Shown here piece after piece: positions 18,137-28,549 of a stretch of 64,000 bases of DNA (positions are counted from its first letter, which is position 1; every line of letters starts with the position of its first letter). Both the position numbers and the translations under genes were made by a program. The notes beneath the pieces were generated by a model. It had not been told where the DNA came from, searched no databases, and saw only the letters and a program-made list of their open reading frames with translations. This DNA comes from Eubacteriales bacterium (GTDB lineage: Bacteria > Bacillota > Clostridia > Saccharofermentanales > DTU023): positions 670 through 64,669 of the forward strand of contig JAUNLW010000006.1 in assembly GCA_030532065.1 (NCBI GenBank). Direction: 5' to 3'.

Positions 18137-19321
18137 TTAGATCTGATTTAAGGCTTGCTCTAAGTCAGCGATGACATCTTCCGGTGCTTCTAAGCCCACG
18201 GAGAGACGGATTAGGCTTTCGCTGATGCCAGCGTCGGCCAGCTCTTCCGGACCATAAGTGGAGTGAGTCATAGAGGCTGGATGTTGGATAAGGGTCTCGC
18301 AGTCACCCAGAGAGACAGCCAGGCGGCAGAGCTTGCAGGAGTTGATAAACTTCTCGCTCTCTTCCTTGGTGGCGTTTAGCTCAAAGGCCATCATGGCGCC
18401 ATACTGTGACATCTGACGAGTTGCCAGGTCGTGTTGTGGATGGGATTTGAGGCCGGGGAAGTAAACCACCTTTATCTTTGGATGGTTTTCCAGGAATTCG
18501 GCTACCTTCATGGCGCTGGAGCAATGGCGATCCATGCGCAGAGGCAAGGTCTTGATACCACGGCGGATGAGCCAGGCTTCAAATGGGCCAAGGACTGCGC
18601 CGTTAAAATAACGTAAACCCTTGGTTTGGACGTCAGCGATCAATTCCTGGCGACCAACTACTGCTCCGGCAATGACGTCGCCATGACCATTCAGGTACTT
18701 AGTAGTGGAGTGCAGGACAATGTCTGCGCCCAAGTCGATTGGCCTTTGTAGATAAGGTGTAGCAAAGGTGTTGTCTACTACGATCAGGATCTCAGGATTA
18801 TAGTCATGAGCGGCCTTGGCGACAGCAGCGATATCGATAAGCTTAAGATTGGGGTTGGCCGGAGTCTCTAAATAGATCATCTTAGTCTTGGGCGACAGCA
18901 GTTTTTCCAGGCTGGCAGGGTCGGCCAGATCAGTGAAGTCTACCTGTACGCCATATTGGGGGAGACCTTGCTCGAAGAGCTCAAAGGTGCAACCGTACAG
19001 AGTCTTGTCAGCTATTAGCTGAGCTCCGGAACTGAGGAAACTCCAAATGACGGCAGTTACTGCGCCCATGCCGGAGCTGAAGCATACACCGGCTTCCGCG
19101 TTTTCCAGGTCTGCAATGCACATAGCCAGCTCACGAGAGTTGGGGTTGTCGATCCTGGTGTAGAAGAATCCGTCCTGCTCGCCGGCAAAGAGTTTGGCAC
19201 CGTGAGCAGCGTTCTCAAAGACAAAGGTAGAAGTTTGATAGATGGGGGTAACCAGTGGGTCACAGAGAGTCTTATCCACTTTGTGTCCGTGGATAGCCCG
19301 GGTATTAAAGTTTTCTTGCAT
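18137..19321 (-). CDS. mgl: Methionine gamma-lyase (PLP, Cys/Met metabolism family)
   Basis: PIYQTSTF, LYGCT (Cys typical of MGL), HSTTKYLNGHGD, AVSLGDCETLIQHPASMTH. Confidence 0.85.
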   Translation of the reverse strand: MQENFNTRAIHGHKVDKTLCDPLVTPIYQTSTFVFENAAHGAKLFAGEQDGFFYTRIDNPNSRELAMCIADLENAEAGVCFSSGMGAVTAVIWSFLSSGAQLIADKTLYGCTFELFEQGLPQYGVQVDFTDLADPASLEKLLSPKTKMIYLETPANPNLKLIDIAAVAKAAHDYNPEILIVVDNTFATPYLQRPIDLGADIVLHSTTKYLNGHGDVIAGAVVGRQELIADVQTKGLRYFNGAVLGPFEAWLIRRGIKTLPLRMDRHCSSAMKVAEFLENHPKIKVVYFPGLKSHPQHDLATRQMSQYGAMMAFELNATKEESEKFINSCKLCRLAVSLGDCETLIQHPASMTHSTYGPEELADAGISESLIRLSVGLEAPEDVIADLEQALNQI

Positions 19322-19341
19322 CGTTTTCTCCTTTATGACAA

Positions 19342-19421
19342 CAAGCTGGCCTGGTGGCTCAGCTGCTGCTTAGCTTGGATTCTGCCCTCATTATAACAGG
19401 AGTCCAAGCTGGCCTGGTGGC
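19342..19421. repeat. 17-bp direct repeat flanking the mgl extended -10 promoter
   Basis: CAAGCTGGCCTGGTGGC at 19342-19358 and 19405-19421; minus-strand TGtTATAAT between them. Confidence 0.85.
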
Positions 19422-19429
19422 GGAATGAC

Positions 19430-20143
19430 TTAGAGTTTTAGTGTCTTAAAGCTCTCGATTAGTTCCTCTATTTCCTCTTCGAGATACTCGTTTTCCTGAC
19501 GTAACTCTGAAGCAGTCATTTCCAGCCAAGATTTACTTTTGCGTTTGGCCTGACTAAGCTTAGTTTTTTCTGCAGTGATTGTGCTCTTTTTCTCTGCTGC
19601 GGCTGTTTCCTTGCTTAAGTCCGGCTGATTGCTTGCTTGAGGCGCTTTTGCGCTATTTTCCACCACTTGTTTGGCGCTGACAGATTCCATCTCTGCCGCT
19701 TGCCTGTTGGTGGAATTTATGGAGCTGATTACTTGCTCTGTTTTGTTATTATCCTCAAATTGTGACTGCCTTGTTCTGGCAGACTGATCGCGGTTCTTAG
19801 GTCCGTTGTTATTACGGTAACGCTGCTCACGCTTTTTTCCGCCTTGCTTGGAACGGTGGTTGGCAGCTTTCCCTTTACCGCGATTGTCGTTACGCTCGCG
19901 ATTGTTGCCTTTGCGCTCGCCAGCTTTTTTGTTATCTGATGTCGGTCTGGGACTGCCGGATTTGCGATTGCCGGCTTTTTGTCTGCTGGCAGGCTTAGCG
20001 TTATTGCGTTTGCGGGCGTCATCACGCGTGCGCTGGGGCTTTTTGCTGTTAGGCTTAGAGCCTTTGCCGACATTTTCCTGACCAAAGTCGCGGACCTTCG
20101 TTTCACGCGTATTTTTGTATTCTTTAGCTGCTTGTTCGCCCAT
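19430..20143 (-). CDS. Hypothetical low-complexity R/K/N-rich protein with acidic C-terminal helix
   Basis: GAGGAG RBS, 3 bp downstream of pncA, 237-aa ORF. Confidence 0.7.
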   Translation of the reverse strand: MGEQAAKEYKNTRETKVRDFGQENVGKGSKPNSKKPQRTRDDARKRNNAKPASRQKAGNRKSGSPRPTSDNKKAGERKGNNRERNDNRGKGKAANHRSKQGGKKREQRYRNNNGPKNRDQSARTRQSQFEDNNKTEQVISSINSTNRQAAEMESVSAKQVVENSAKAPQASNQPDLSKETAAAEKKSTITAEKTKLSQAKRKSKSWLEMTASELRQENEYLEEEIEELIESFKTLKL

Positions 20144-20146
20144 CGT

Positions 20147-20731
20147 CTATTGCTCCTCACCAATGATGGTGATGCCTTGACGGCGCAGGTCAGCCAAATT
20201 CTTTTGGTGTTGCTCCAGATCGACAAAGGCGAGGCCAGGACTAAGGAGACTTACGTTGAAGCCGGCTTTGTTTAAAGCCAAGACTGTTTCGCGCACGCAA
20301 AACTCACTGGCAATACCAGCCACAACTACGTCCTGAGGCAGTATCTCATGTAAAACCTGTCCGGCAGCGTTTTTGGCTTCAAAAGCGGAGTATTCTTCTA
20401 CCAGATCGTCTACGCCCTTATAAAAGATATTTTCTTGGCTGGGCTTTTGACTCTCAGAGGAGATCTTGCGCTCAAAGTTTTTGTCCAACTCGGCTCCGGG
20501 GGTGTTCTGGACGCAGTGAGGCGGCCAGGTTCCACCGTGTTCCAGGAAACTGTGGTTTTCCGGGCTATGCCAATCCGCTGAATAGCAGACTTGGAGATCG
20601 GGATGTTCATTGATGAAATCAGTGATAAAGTCGACGGCCTCGTGTGAGTGCTGACAGGCCAGACTGCCCTCGACAAAGTCGTACTGGCAATCCACCACTA
20701 CCAGGGCGGTGGGGGAAACTGATTCAGGCAT
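20147..20731 (-). CDS. pncA: Nicotinamidase/pyrazinamidase
   Basis: [28 protein letters not shown]. Confidence 0.9.
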   Translation of the reverse strand: MPESVSPTALVVVDCQYDFVEGSLACQHSHEAVDFITDFINEHPDLQVCYSADWHSPENHSFLEHGGTWPPHCVQNTPGAELDKNFERKISSESQKPSQENIFYKGVDDLVEEYSAFEAKNAAGQVLHEILPQDVVVAGIASEFCVRETVLALNKAGFNVSLLSPGLAFVDLEQHQKNLADLRRQGITIIGEEQ

Positions 20732-20782
20732 AGCAAATCCTTTCTTATGGCAAGAGCCGCAAGGCTACTTGCCGGCGATTAT

Positions 20783-22105
20783 CTACAGGTTAGAAGCCAG
20801 CGGCTGTTCGGCGTCGGCTTTTTCTGCTTGCTCTTGGCGGGTACAGAGTTCTGGCTCGGCTTCACCTCTTACGACCTTACCGTTGATAATGACTTTAGCG
20901 ACTTCTCCGTTAGAGGGGAGATTGTACATGAGGTCTAAGAGAAGTTTTTCCATGATTGCGCGCAGAGCGCGGGCACCGGTCTTCATCTCCAGAGCTTCGT
21001 TGGCGATGGCCTTCAAAGCGTCATCGGTGAAGTCCAGCTCTACATCGTCAAAGGCAAAAAGCTGCTGGTACTGCTTGACCAGAGCATTCTTAGGCTCAGC
21101 CAGGATACGTACCAGTGCTGCTTCATCTAAGGCTTCCAAGGTAGTGATTACAGGAACACGACCTATAAATTCGGGGATCATGCCAAATTTGAGCAGATCT
21201 TCCGGCAGTACTTGAGCCAGGAGTTGACTCTCGCTAAGATCTTCTTTGCTTAGCAGCTTGGAACCAAAGCCCATGGTTTTTTCGGCCACACGGCGTTCGA
21301 TTAGTTTATCCAAACCGGAGAACGCGCCGCCCAGGATGAAAAGAATTTTACTGGTGTCGATCTGAATAAAGTCTTGATGTGGGTGTTTACGACCACCCTG
21401 AGGCGGAACGTTGGCGATGCTACCTTCAATAATTTTTAAGAGGGCCTGTTGCACACCTTCGCCACTTACATCTCTGGTAATAGAGGGGTTATCGGATTTA
21501 CGGGAGAGTTTATCAATCTCGTCAATATAGATGATGCCTCGCTCGGCGGCCTCAATATCAAAGTCGGCGTTTTGGATCAGGCGGAGCAGGATGTTTTCTA
21601 CGTCTTCGCCCACGTAACCGGCTTCCGTGAGCGCGGTGGCGTCAGCGATAGCGAAGGGAACATCCAGAAGCTTGGCCAAAGTCTGAGCCAGGAGCGTTTT
21701 ACCGCTGCCGCTGGGGCCCAAAAGCAAGATGTTGGACTTCTGGATTTCCAGCAATTCTGGGTTGATATCTCCCTCAAACATAATGCGTTTGTAGTGGTTA
21801 TAAACTGCGACGGACAAGACCTTCTTGGCGTTATCTTGGCCAATTACATAGTCATCCAGGGCCTTGCGGATATCTCGCGGAGTCATGAGATTTAACCCTG
21901 CTGCTTTTTCTTTGCGGCGAGTTTCGCTGCGATAGGCCAGGTCGCTGGAAAGAATCTCATGCGACAGCTCCACGCACTCATTACAGATATAGACACCGGG
22001 ACCGGCGATCAGGCGATCCACCTCATCTTCTGTTTTACCACAGAAAGAGCAGGTGAGGGGGGGTCTGTTACCTCTGCCGGGTCTGAGATTATTATTGTTA
22101 GCCAT
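20783..22105 (-). CDS. clpX: ATP-dependent Clp protease ATP-binding subunit
   Basis: CSFCGK zinc finger, [33 protein letters not shown]. Confidence 0.98.
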   Translation of the reverse strand: MANNNNLRPGRGNRPPLTCSFCGKTEDEVDRLIAGPGVYICNECVELSHEILSSDLAYRSETRRKEKAAGLNLMTPRDIRKALDDYVIGQDNAKKVLSVAVYNHYKRIMFEGDINPELLEIQKSNILLLGPSGSGKTLLAQTLAKLLDVPFAIADATALTEAGYVGEDVENILLRLIQNADFDIEAAERGIIYIDEIDKLSRKSDNPSITRDVSGEGVQQALLKIIEGSIANVPPQGGRKHPHQDFIQIDTSKILFILGGAFSGLDKLIERRVAEKTMGFGSKLLSKEDLSESQLLAQVLPEDLLKFGMIPEFIGRVPVITTLEALDEAALVRILAEPKNALVKQYQQLFAFDDVELDFTDDALKAIANEALEMKTGARALRAIMEKLLLDLMYNLPSNGEVAKVIINGKVVRGEAEPELCTRQEQAEKADAEQPLASNL

Positions 22106-22714
22106 CTAGCTGCGTTTCTCCATAATTTCGTCAATTAAGCCATAAGCCTTGGCCTCTTCAGCATCCAGCCAATAGTTACGATCAGTATCTCGCTCAATTT
22201 CTTCCAGGCTCTTGCCGGTTTGTTCGGCTAAAATCTCATTGAGTTTTTGCTTGGTGCGGAGGATACGGCGGGCGTCGATCTCAATATCAGAAGCCTGGCC
22301 TTGAGCGCCACCCAGAGGCTGGTGGATCATGATCTCAGCATTGGGGAGCGCGTAACGTTTACCCCTGGTGCCGGCTGCAAGTAACACTGCCCCCATGCTG
22401 GCGGCCATGCCCACACAAATGGTCTGCACGTCAGGCTTGATATAGCGCATGGTATCAAAGATCATCAGACCGGAGGCTACCTCGCCGCCGGGACTGTTTA
22501 TATAAAACTGGATGTCTTTGTCGGGATCTTCTGACTCTAAGAAGAGCAACTGAGCCATGATCAATGATGCTGTGACCTGGTTTACTTCTTCGGAGAGAAT
22601 AATGATCCGCTCTTTCAAGAGGCGGGAATATATATCGTAGGAACGTTCACCATGACTGGTTTGTTCAATAACCATGGGAACTAAGCTGTTATAAAATTTG
22701 GACTGATTTTGCAT
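22106..22714 (-). CDS. clpP: Clp protease proteolytic subunit
   Basis: [30 protein letters not shown]. Confidence 0.98.
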   Translation of the reverse strand: MQNQSKFYNSLVPMVIEQTSHGERSYDIYSRLLKERIIILSEEVNQVTASLIMAQLLFLESEDPDKDIQFYINSPGGEVASGLMIFDTMRYIKPDVQTICVGMAASMGAVLLAAGTRGKRYALPNAEIMIHQPLGGAQGQASDIEIDARRILRTKQKLNEILAEQTGKSLEEIERDTDRNYWLDAEEAKAYGLIDEIMEKRS

Positions 22715-22831
22715 ATCTCTTTCCTTTCAGATCTTGCAAGTATTACTCCGTCTCCTTTTAAGTAAAGGCCAAGATATAAGATCCTGGCCTTTACTCTGGT
22801 ATCTATTATATACGACTCGACCAGGAGCGCG

Positions 22832-24235
22832 CTATTGGTCCTCACCCTGGTCTTCGACAGCCTTTTCGGCCGGCTCGTCAGTAGCTTCCGCGGCTTCTTC
22901 ATCCGCGTCATCTTCTAAATCTTCATCCTCGTCTTCCGGTAGTTTATCAGTGGCTTCGGAATTTTCGCGGAGGAAGTCGGAGGCTTTATTGAGACGGACT
23001 TCTTCCTTAAATTGTTCTTCGTAGTCTTCACCCAGATGTGACTTAAATTCGTCAACTTCCATGTCGTTGCGCTTGGCCAGGTCCTCAATCAATTCGTTGA
23101 CTTCTTCCTGACTGGCTTCAAAGCCTTCGGCATCGGCTACGGCCTCTAAGCTGAGATCATGCTTGATGGCTTCCAGAGCGGGAGTCTCGAGCTCTTTGAG
23201 CACTTGAGCTTCGGTCTGGCCCATCATCTGCAAATAATAGTCAAAGGGGATGCCATTGTAAGCCATGTAGTTACGTTGACGGTCTAAGAGACGATGAGCT
23301 TCGGCTTGAACCAGACGGTCAGAGATCTCAAACTCGGCTTCTTTAGCAACTTGCTCCAAGATGCGTTGCAGGAACTCAGCATCTGCTTGACGCTTACGCT
23401 CAGCTTCCATCTCCTCGCGTTTTTGCTTGCGGTATTCTTCTACCGTATCGCAATCCTCGGAGATATCCTTGATGAAATCATCATCCAGCTCCGGTGTTTG
23501 GCGCTCTTTGATCTCGTGCAGGACGATATGGAAGACAGCAGCCTTGCCGGCCAATTCTTCGCTGTGATATTCCTCAGGGAAAGTTACATCAATGTCAAAC
23601 TCTTCGCCAACGGAGTGGCCGATAATAGCTTCTTCAAAACCAGGGATGAATTGGCCGGAACCAATTTCTAAAGTGTAATTTTCTGCCTTGCCACCATCAA
23701 AAGGAACGCCATCTACGCTGCCCTCATAATCAATAACGACGTGGTCATCTTCCTTAACAGGACGGTCAGTGACCGGTACCAGGCGGGAAAGCTCAAAACG
23801 CTTGGCGTCTAAAGCTTGCGTGATCTCATCATCAGTTACGCTGTCAGAAGGACGATAGGCGGTGAAGCCTTTGTAGTTACCCAGCCTGACTTGAGGTTTG
23901 AGCGCGTAGTCAGCAGTGAAAATCAGGCCCTTGTCCAAACCGATTTCCAGAATGTCCACGTCAGGACGAGAGTAGGGTTCTACTTCGTGCTCTTCCAGGG
24001 CTTTGCGATAATGAGGGTCTAAGAGGCTGTCGACGGCATCCTCGTAAAACACGCCCTCACCGTAATAATTAAGCACCATGGGGAAGGGAGCTTTACCTTT
24101 ACGGAAACCGGGGATGGAAAAGCGCTGGCGATTTTTGTGGTAGGCTTCTTCTATAGCCTTCCTAAAGTCGTTAGGTTCAACCTCGATGGTCAAACGACCG
24201 TTAGCGTTATCCAGCTTCTCAACTTTTGAAGCCAT
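22832..24235 (-). CDS. tig: Trigger factor
   Basis: IPGFRKGKAP signature, FKBP domain FIPGFEE. Confidence 0.97.
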   Translation of the reverse strand: MASKVEKLDNANGRLTIEVEPNDFRKAIEEAYHKNRQRFSIPGFRKGKAPFPMVLNYYGEGVFYEDAVDSLLDPHYRKALEEHEVEPYSRPDVDILEIGLDKGLIFTADYALKPQVRLGNYKGFTAYRPSDSVTDDEITQALDAKRFELSRLVPVTDRPVKEDDHVVIDYEGSVDGVPFDGGKAENYTLEIGSGQFIPGFEEAIIGHSVGEEFDIDVTFPEEYHSEELAGKAAVFHIVLHEIKERQTPELDDDFIKDISEDCDTVEEYRKQKREEMEAERKRQADAEFLQRILEQVAKEAEFEISDRLVQAEAHRLLDRQRNYMAYNGIPFDYYLQMMGQTEAQVLKELETPALEAIKHDLSLEAVADAEGFEASQEEVNELIEDLAKRNDMEVDEFKSHLGEDYEEQFKEEVRLNKASDFLRENSEATDKLPEDEDEDLEDDADEEAAEATDEPAEKAVEDQGEDQ

Positions 24236-24464
24236 AAATACCTCCTAAAACTTATACCCGTTCACGGGCTCAAAAATACTATATATTTCTCGTGACGATA
24301 AAATAACTAATGAAGTATAACATACGACCTTGCTAGATTCAAAATTCTAGTCAAGGTATAATATTAACGACTTTTATAACTTGAGCTAAGAAGCACTGTA
24401 ACCCACCGACTAAAAATACAGGTTATAATGTATGTAGATCAAGTTGCGCAAGAAAGGACCGGAT

Positions 24465-25088
24465 ATGTCATTATTCGTTAGTTTTGAAGGGATCGATGGC
24501 GTAGGTAAAACCGCCAATTTAGATCTGCTCCAGGACTACCTCTGTAAGAAGGGTTACGAAGTAGAGCGCCCGCGTGAGCCAGGCGGAACCCTTGTGGGTG
24601 AAGAGATCCGCCAGATTTTGCTCTCCGGTAAGGACAGGTCTTTGGCGGCAGAAACCGAACTGTTGCTCTTTCTCGCGGCCCGCGCCCAGATCTGCCGAGA
24701 AGTCATCGCGCCTGCTCTGGAGGCCGGTAAGGTGGTCTTGTGTGACCGCTTCATGGACTCCTCCGTAGCTTATCAAGGTTATGGCCGTGGGCTGGACCCG
24801 GAGCTGGTACAGCGCCTCAACCAATTTGCTGTTGGCGGAGTAGTGCCTGACTTAACTATACTTCTGGATTTGCCTCTGGAAAACGCCAGAGCAAGACAAG
24901 GCTTGAGAGAGACAGAAGCTAATAACCGTATGGACGCGGAAAGTGATAGGTTCATGGATAAGGTGCGCCAGGGTTTCCTTACTTTGGCCGCCCAGGAACC
25001 CAAACGTATTAAAATAATTGACGCCGCTGGCGACCTTGCCACGGTACAAGCCCAAATAAGGGCCGAAATAGGGAGGATTCTACAGTGA
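24465..25088 (+). CDS. tmk: Thymidylate kinase
   Basis: FEGIDGVGKT, REPGGT, DRFMDSSVAYQG. Confidence 0.96.
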   Translation: MSLFVSFEGIDGVGKTANLDLLQDYLCKKGYEVERPREPGGTLVGEEIRQILLSGKDRSLAAETELLLFLAARAQICREVIAPALEAGKVVLCDRFMDSSVAYQGYGRGLDPELVQRLNQFAVGGVVPDLTILLDLPLENARARQGLRETEANNRMDAESDRFMDKVRQGFLTLAAQEPKRIKIIDAAGDLATVQAQIRAEIGRILQ

Positions 25089-25414
25089 AACTAGTGTATG
25101 CCATCGTCAGTGATGAAGATAGTACTCACCTTATCTCCGAGATGAATAAAGCCGGTCATCGAGTTACTAAGCTGGCTTCCAGTGGTGGTTTCTTAAGATC
25201 CGGCAATTCAACCCTTATGATCGGAACTGACGACGAGAAGTTGGAAGATATTTTGAATATCATCAGAAAATTCTCTTCCAGCAGAAAGGTTTCGATCAAT
25301 GCTAATACCATGCCCAGCGGTATGGGTGGTTCTTTTATTCCCTATCCCGTTGAAGTGTTGGTAGGCGGAGCTACAGTCTTTGTTGTAAACGTCGAGCACT
25401 TTGAGCAAGTCTAG
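25085..25414 (+). CDS. darA: Cyclic-di-AMP receptor (PII-like, YaaQ/PstA)
   Basis: TKLASSGGFLRSGNSTL, VGGATVFV; after tmk. Confidence 0.92.
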   Translation: MKLVYAIVSDEDSTHLISEMNKAGHRVTKLASSGGFLRSGNSTLMIGTDDEKLEDILNIIRKFSSSRKVSINANTMPSGMGGSFIPYPVEVLVGGATVFVVNVEHFEQV

Positions 25415-26489
25415 GTACGGTTTTAGCACCCTGCTCTCCCAGGAGGAGAATAAGCGGCTGTTGCTACGAGATGCGCAGGATGGCGCGTTGTCCCATGCTC
25501 TGCTGTTTACCGGACCAACCGGTAGTGGCAGGCGAAGCCTCGCTATGGCCTTGGCCGCATATCTTCTGTGTGAAGATCCCGGAGCGGAAGACGCCTGCGG
25601 GATCTGTCCTTCCTGTCGTTATGTAGAAGGTGGGACTCATCCGGATCTAAAAGAGCTAAACAGCCCGGACGGTAAGCTGATCAAGGTAGAAATGGTCAGG
25701 GATGCTATTATCCGTGATCTGCCTCATATGCCACAGCTTTCTCGTTGCAAAGTCTATATCCTGGCCGCGGATTATCTTAACGAGCAGGGACAAAACGCTC
25801 TCTTGAAGTCGCTGGAAGAGCCTCCAGCTTATGCTTACTTTATCCTTACGGCAGAAAGTGCCAGCGAGCTTTTACCAACTATCATCTCTCGCGTTAGGGA
25901 ATATAAGCTGCAGCCGCTCACGGAAAGTGAGATGCGTGAGGTTTTAAAGCGCGAAGGCTATACTGAAGGTCTAGACTTCTTAGCGGCCTACGGGGGTCAT
26001 ATCCCAGGACGAGCCCTGGCTCTGGCAGCCAGAGAAGACTATGCTGAGCTACGTAAGACTAGTTTGGACTTGATTTCTACATTGGCAGACCAATCTTTCC
26101 TGGATTTAGCTGCCAAAAGTCAGCGCTGGCTTCTGGACCATAAGGAGGAATTCGCGGATTTCCTGGCTATTGGTCAGAGTTATCTGAGAGACTTAGGTTT
26201 GATGATCTGGCAGCAAAAGCAGCACAAGCAGCAAGCGGATAATCTTAGTCTGCTCAACCCTGACCAAAAGAAGCGCCTGCAAGCTCAGGCTCGTCTTTTA
26301 TCGGGTCCTCTGGAATTTCTGACGGACGAGGCTTTAGCTGAGCTGCTGGACTGCGTGGCCCAGGCTGAAGCATTGCTTAGAGAAGCAGAAGAAGCGTTAA
26401 ACTATAATGTTAATTACGAGATTTTGACTTGGAACCTGTTATTGGGACTAAAAGAGTATTTACGCCCGGTGAAGATCGGGAAACTATAG
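25401..26489 (+). CDS. holB: DNA polymerase III delta' subunit
   Basis: HALLFTG, zinc Cys cluster, HPD, NALLKSLEEPP, LLPTIISR. Confidence 0.9.
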   Translation: MSKSRYGFSTLLSQEENKRLLLRDAQDGALSHALLFTGPTGSGRRSLAMALAAYLLCEDPGAEDACGICPSCRYVEGGTHPDLKELNSPDGKLIKVEMVRDAIIRDLPHMPQLSRCKVYILAADYLNEQGQNALLKSLEEPPAYAYFILTAESASELLPTIISRVREYKLQPLTESEMREVLKREGYTEGLDFLAAYGGHIPGRALALAAREDYAELRKTSLDLISTLADQSFLDLAAKSQRWLLDHKEEFADFLAIGQSYLRDLGLMIWQQKQHKQQADNLSLLNPDQKKRLQAQARLLSGPLEFLTDEALAELLDCVAQAEALLREAEEALNYNVNYEILTWNLLLGLKEYLRPVKIGKL

Positions 26490-26569
26490 ATAATAGATCA
26501 ACTTGCCGCTAATTGAGATCTTCTCGCTGATAAGTCGAGAACAAGTGGTAATTGAAGAAAGGTATAGAT

Positions 26570-27442
26570 ATGACCAAAGTGATTGCTGTCCGTTATCAGG
26601 AACGGGGCAAGACCTACTATAGCAGTGTAGACATACCCAGCGTAGATAAAGGATCTTATGTCGTTGTAGAAACGGATCAGGGTCCCGAGTATGCCCTGTG
26701 TACGGGGCTGTTATCAGAAGTTTCTGACGAGGTAGTCGCGGAAATGCAGGAGAAAACCGGACTCTTCCCCATCACGCGTTTGGCTGATGCGAAGGATGAG
26801 GCAGATTTCCTGGATAACAGAGAAGCGGCTGTAGAAGCTTTTGAGTTCTGCGCGCGTGAGATTGAGCGCCACGGCTTACCCATGGAGCTGGTTGGCGCGG
26901 AGTATAATCTGGATCGCTCGCGCCTGCTTTTTTATTTCACTGCTGACGGAAGAGTAGACTTTAGGCGTTTAGTGCGCGACCTGGCTTCCGCCTTCCGCAC
27001 CCGCATCGAATTACGGCAGATCGGAGTAAGAGATGAGGCAGCCTTGTTGGGTGGACTGGGCGCTTGTGGTAGAGAACTCTGCTGTGCCACTTTCTTGGAT
27101 GAGTTCAGACCGGTTTCCATCAAGATGGCTAAAGAACAGAATCTTTCCATGAATCCCGCTAAAATCTCGGGTGCTTGTGGACGTTTGCTCTGCTGCCTGC
27201 GTTATGAAGAAGAAGCCTACCGAGACGCCAAACACCGCCTGCCACGTAAAGGCGACCGGGTAAGAGTAGCTGACGGTTCTGGGGTGGTAGAACAGGTCAA
27301 TCTCCTGCGTGAGATTTTGACAGTGCGTTTGGATGGCTCTAATGATGAGCTTGAGATTGTTCAGGTTCCAGCCGCAGAAGCAGAAGTGCTAAGTCGTGGT
27401 AAGAGCGGTAAGGCTAAAGCTGCTCGCAGTGAAGAAGACTAG
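26570..27442 (+). CDS. yaaT: PSP1-domain protein YaaT/RicT
   Basis: RVDFRRLVRDLA, CGRELCC, CGRLLCCL. Confidence 0.92.
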   Translation: MTKVIAVRYQERGKTYYSSVDIPSVDKGSYVVVETDQGPEYALCTGLLSEVSDEVVAEMQEKTGLFPITRLADAKDEADFLDNREAAVEAFEFCAREIERHGLPMELVGAEYNLDRSRLLFYFTADGRVDFRRLVRDLASAFRTRIELRQIGVRDEAALLGGLGACGRELCCATFLDEFRPVSIKMAKEQNLSMNPAKISGACGRLLCCLRYEEEAYRDAKHRLPRKGDRVRVADGSGVVEQVNLLREILTVRLDGSNDELEIVQVPAAEAEVLSRGKSGKAKAARSEED

Positions 27443-27451
27443 GTTTTTGCG

Positions 27452-28369
27452 ATGGCTTATTCCTCTGAACAGCCGGAAACTAAGAAAGAGAGAGCTAAGG
27501 CTGAGATTGGCAGGCTCTACTTAGTGCCTACACCTATTGGTAACTTGCGGGATCTCAGCGCCAGGGCAGGAGAAGTACTGGCGGAGGCTGATCTTGTTGC
27601 CTGCGAGGATACAAGGGTAACTTCCCGCTTATTGGCGGCAGCAGGCCTGCCTTTCCAGGAATTGATCAGCTATCACAGTCACAACGAAAAAAGTCGCTCT
27701 AACCTCTTGTTGGAGCATTTGCTACAGGGAGAGAATATTGCTCTGGTATCTGACGCTGGTATGCCGGCAATCTCCGATCCCGGTGAAGTAGTGGTTAGGG
27801 CGGCGTTGGGAGAAGGCATAGAGGTTTGTGCCTTACCGGGGCCTAACGCAGGACTGACAGCGCTTTCAGCTTCTGGACTGTCTACACGTTATTTTTATTT
27901 TGAAGGTTTTATCCCCTCAGCCGGCGCGGAACGCAGTGAACGCTTGGCTATAGTTATTAAAAGACCGGAAACTTCCATTATCTATGAAGCACCTCATCGC
28001 TTGGAGAAAACCTTACAAGATCTAAGTTCTCTGGGCATAGGAGCGCGTCGCCTCTGCCTGGGCCGGGAACTGACCAAGACTTATGAAACTTATATGCGCT
28101 TTACAGTAGATGAAGCGATCGCTGATCTAGCGGAAAAGCCGGCTCGGGGAGAGTATGTCTTGATTCTGGAAGGCTGTGATGAATACTTTGCTCGTCTGCC
28201 GGAGGCAGCTGAGGCCGATCAAGCCGCTAAAAGAGCTGAGCTCAAGGCAGCGGTAGCCAGCCTCAAAGATGCGGGACTTAGCCGTAAAACCATGGTCCAG
28301 ATACTTATTCCCTTATATGGCTGTCGTAAAAATGAGATCTATACTTTGGCAGATGAGTTGGAGAATTAA
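27452..28369 (+). CDS. rsmI: 16S rRNA (C1402) 2'-O-methyltransferase
   Basis: LVPTPIGNL, ACEDTR, SDAGMPAISDPG, RELTK. Confidence 0.95.
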   Translation: MAYSSEQPETKKERAKAEIGRLYLVPTPIGNLRDLSARAGEVLAEADLVACEDTRVTSRLLAAAGLPFQELISYHSHNEKSRSNLLLEHLLQGENIALVSDAGMPAISDPGEVVVRAALGEGIEVCALPGPNAGLTALSASGLSTRYFYFEGFIPSAGAERSERLAIVIKRPETSIIYEAPHRLEKTLQDLSSLGIGARRLCLGRELTKTYETYMRFTVDEAIADLAEKPARGEYVLILEGCDEYFARLPEAAEADQAAKRAELKAAVASLKDAGLSRKTMVQILIPLYGCRKNEIYTLADELEN

Positions 28370-28549
28370 GTAAACCAGGCCTTTAGAACTGACGATTTCC
28401 TTATTTCTAGCTACATCATATTTGTTGTATAATCAAGCGTGCGGCTCTGATCTGAGAGCGCCGACTGCCGGCTATTTAGCAGTAATTTAAAACTTATTGT
28501 GACAACTATTGGTGTCACCAGTTAATAATGCGGAAAGAAGAGGTCTCAG

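Noticed and set aside
19729-24022. Many alternative-frame and antisense ORFs (e.g. 19729-20226, 20709-21215, 21449-21895; also 40299-40895, 43431-44078)
   Set aside because: Shadows of well-supported genes with no RBS or recognisable motifs
28380-28549. SAM riboswitch or T-box before metG
   Set aside because: Leader is short and lacks the conserved motifs
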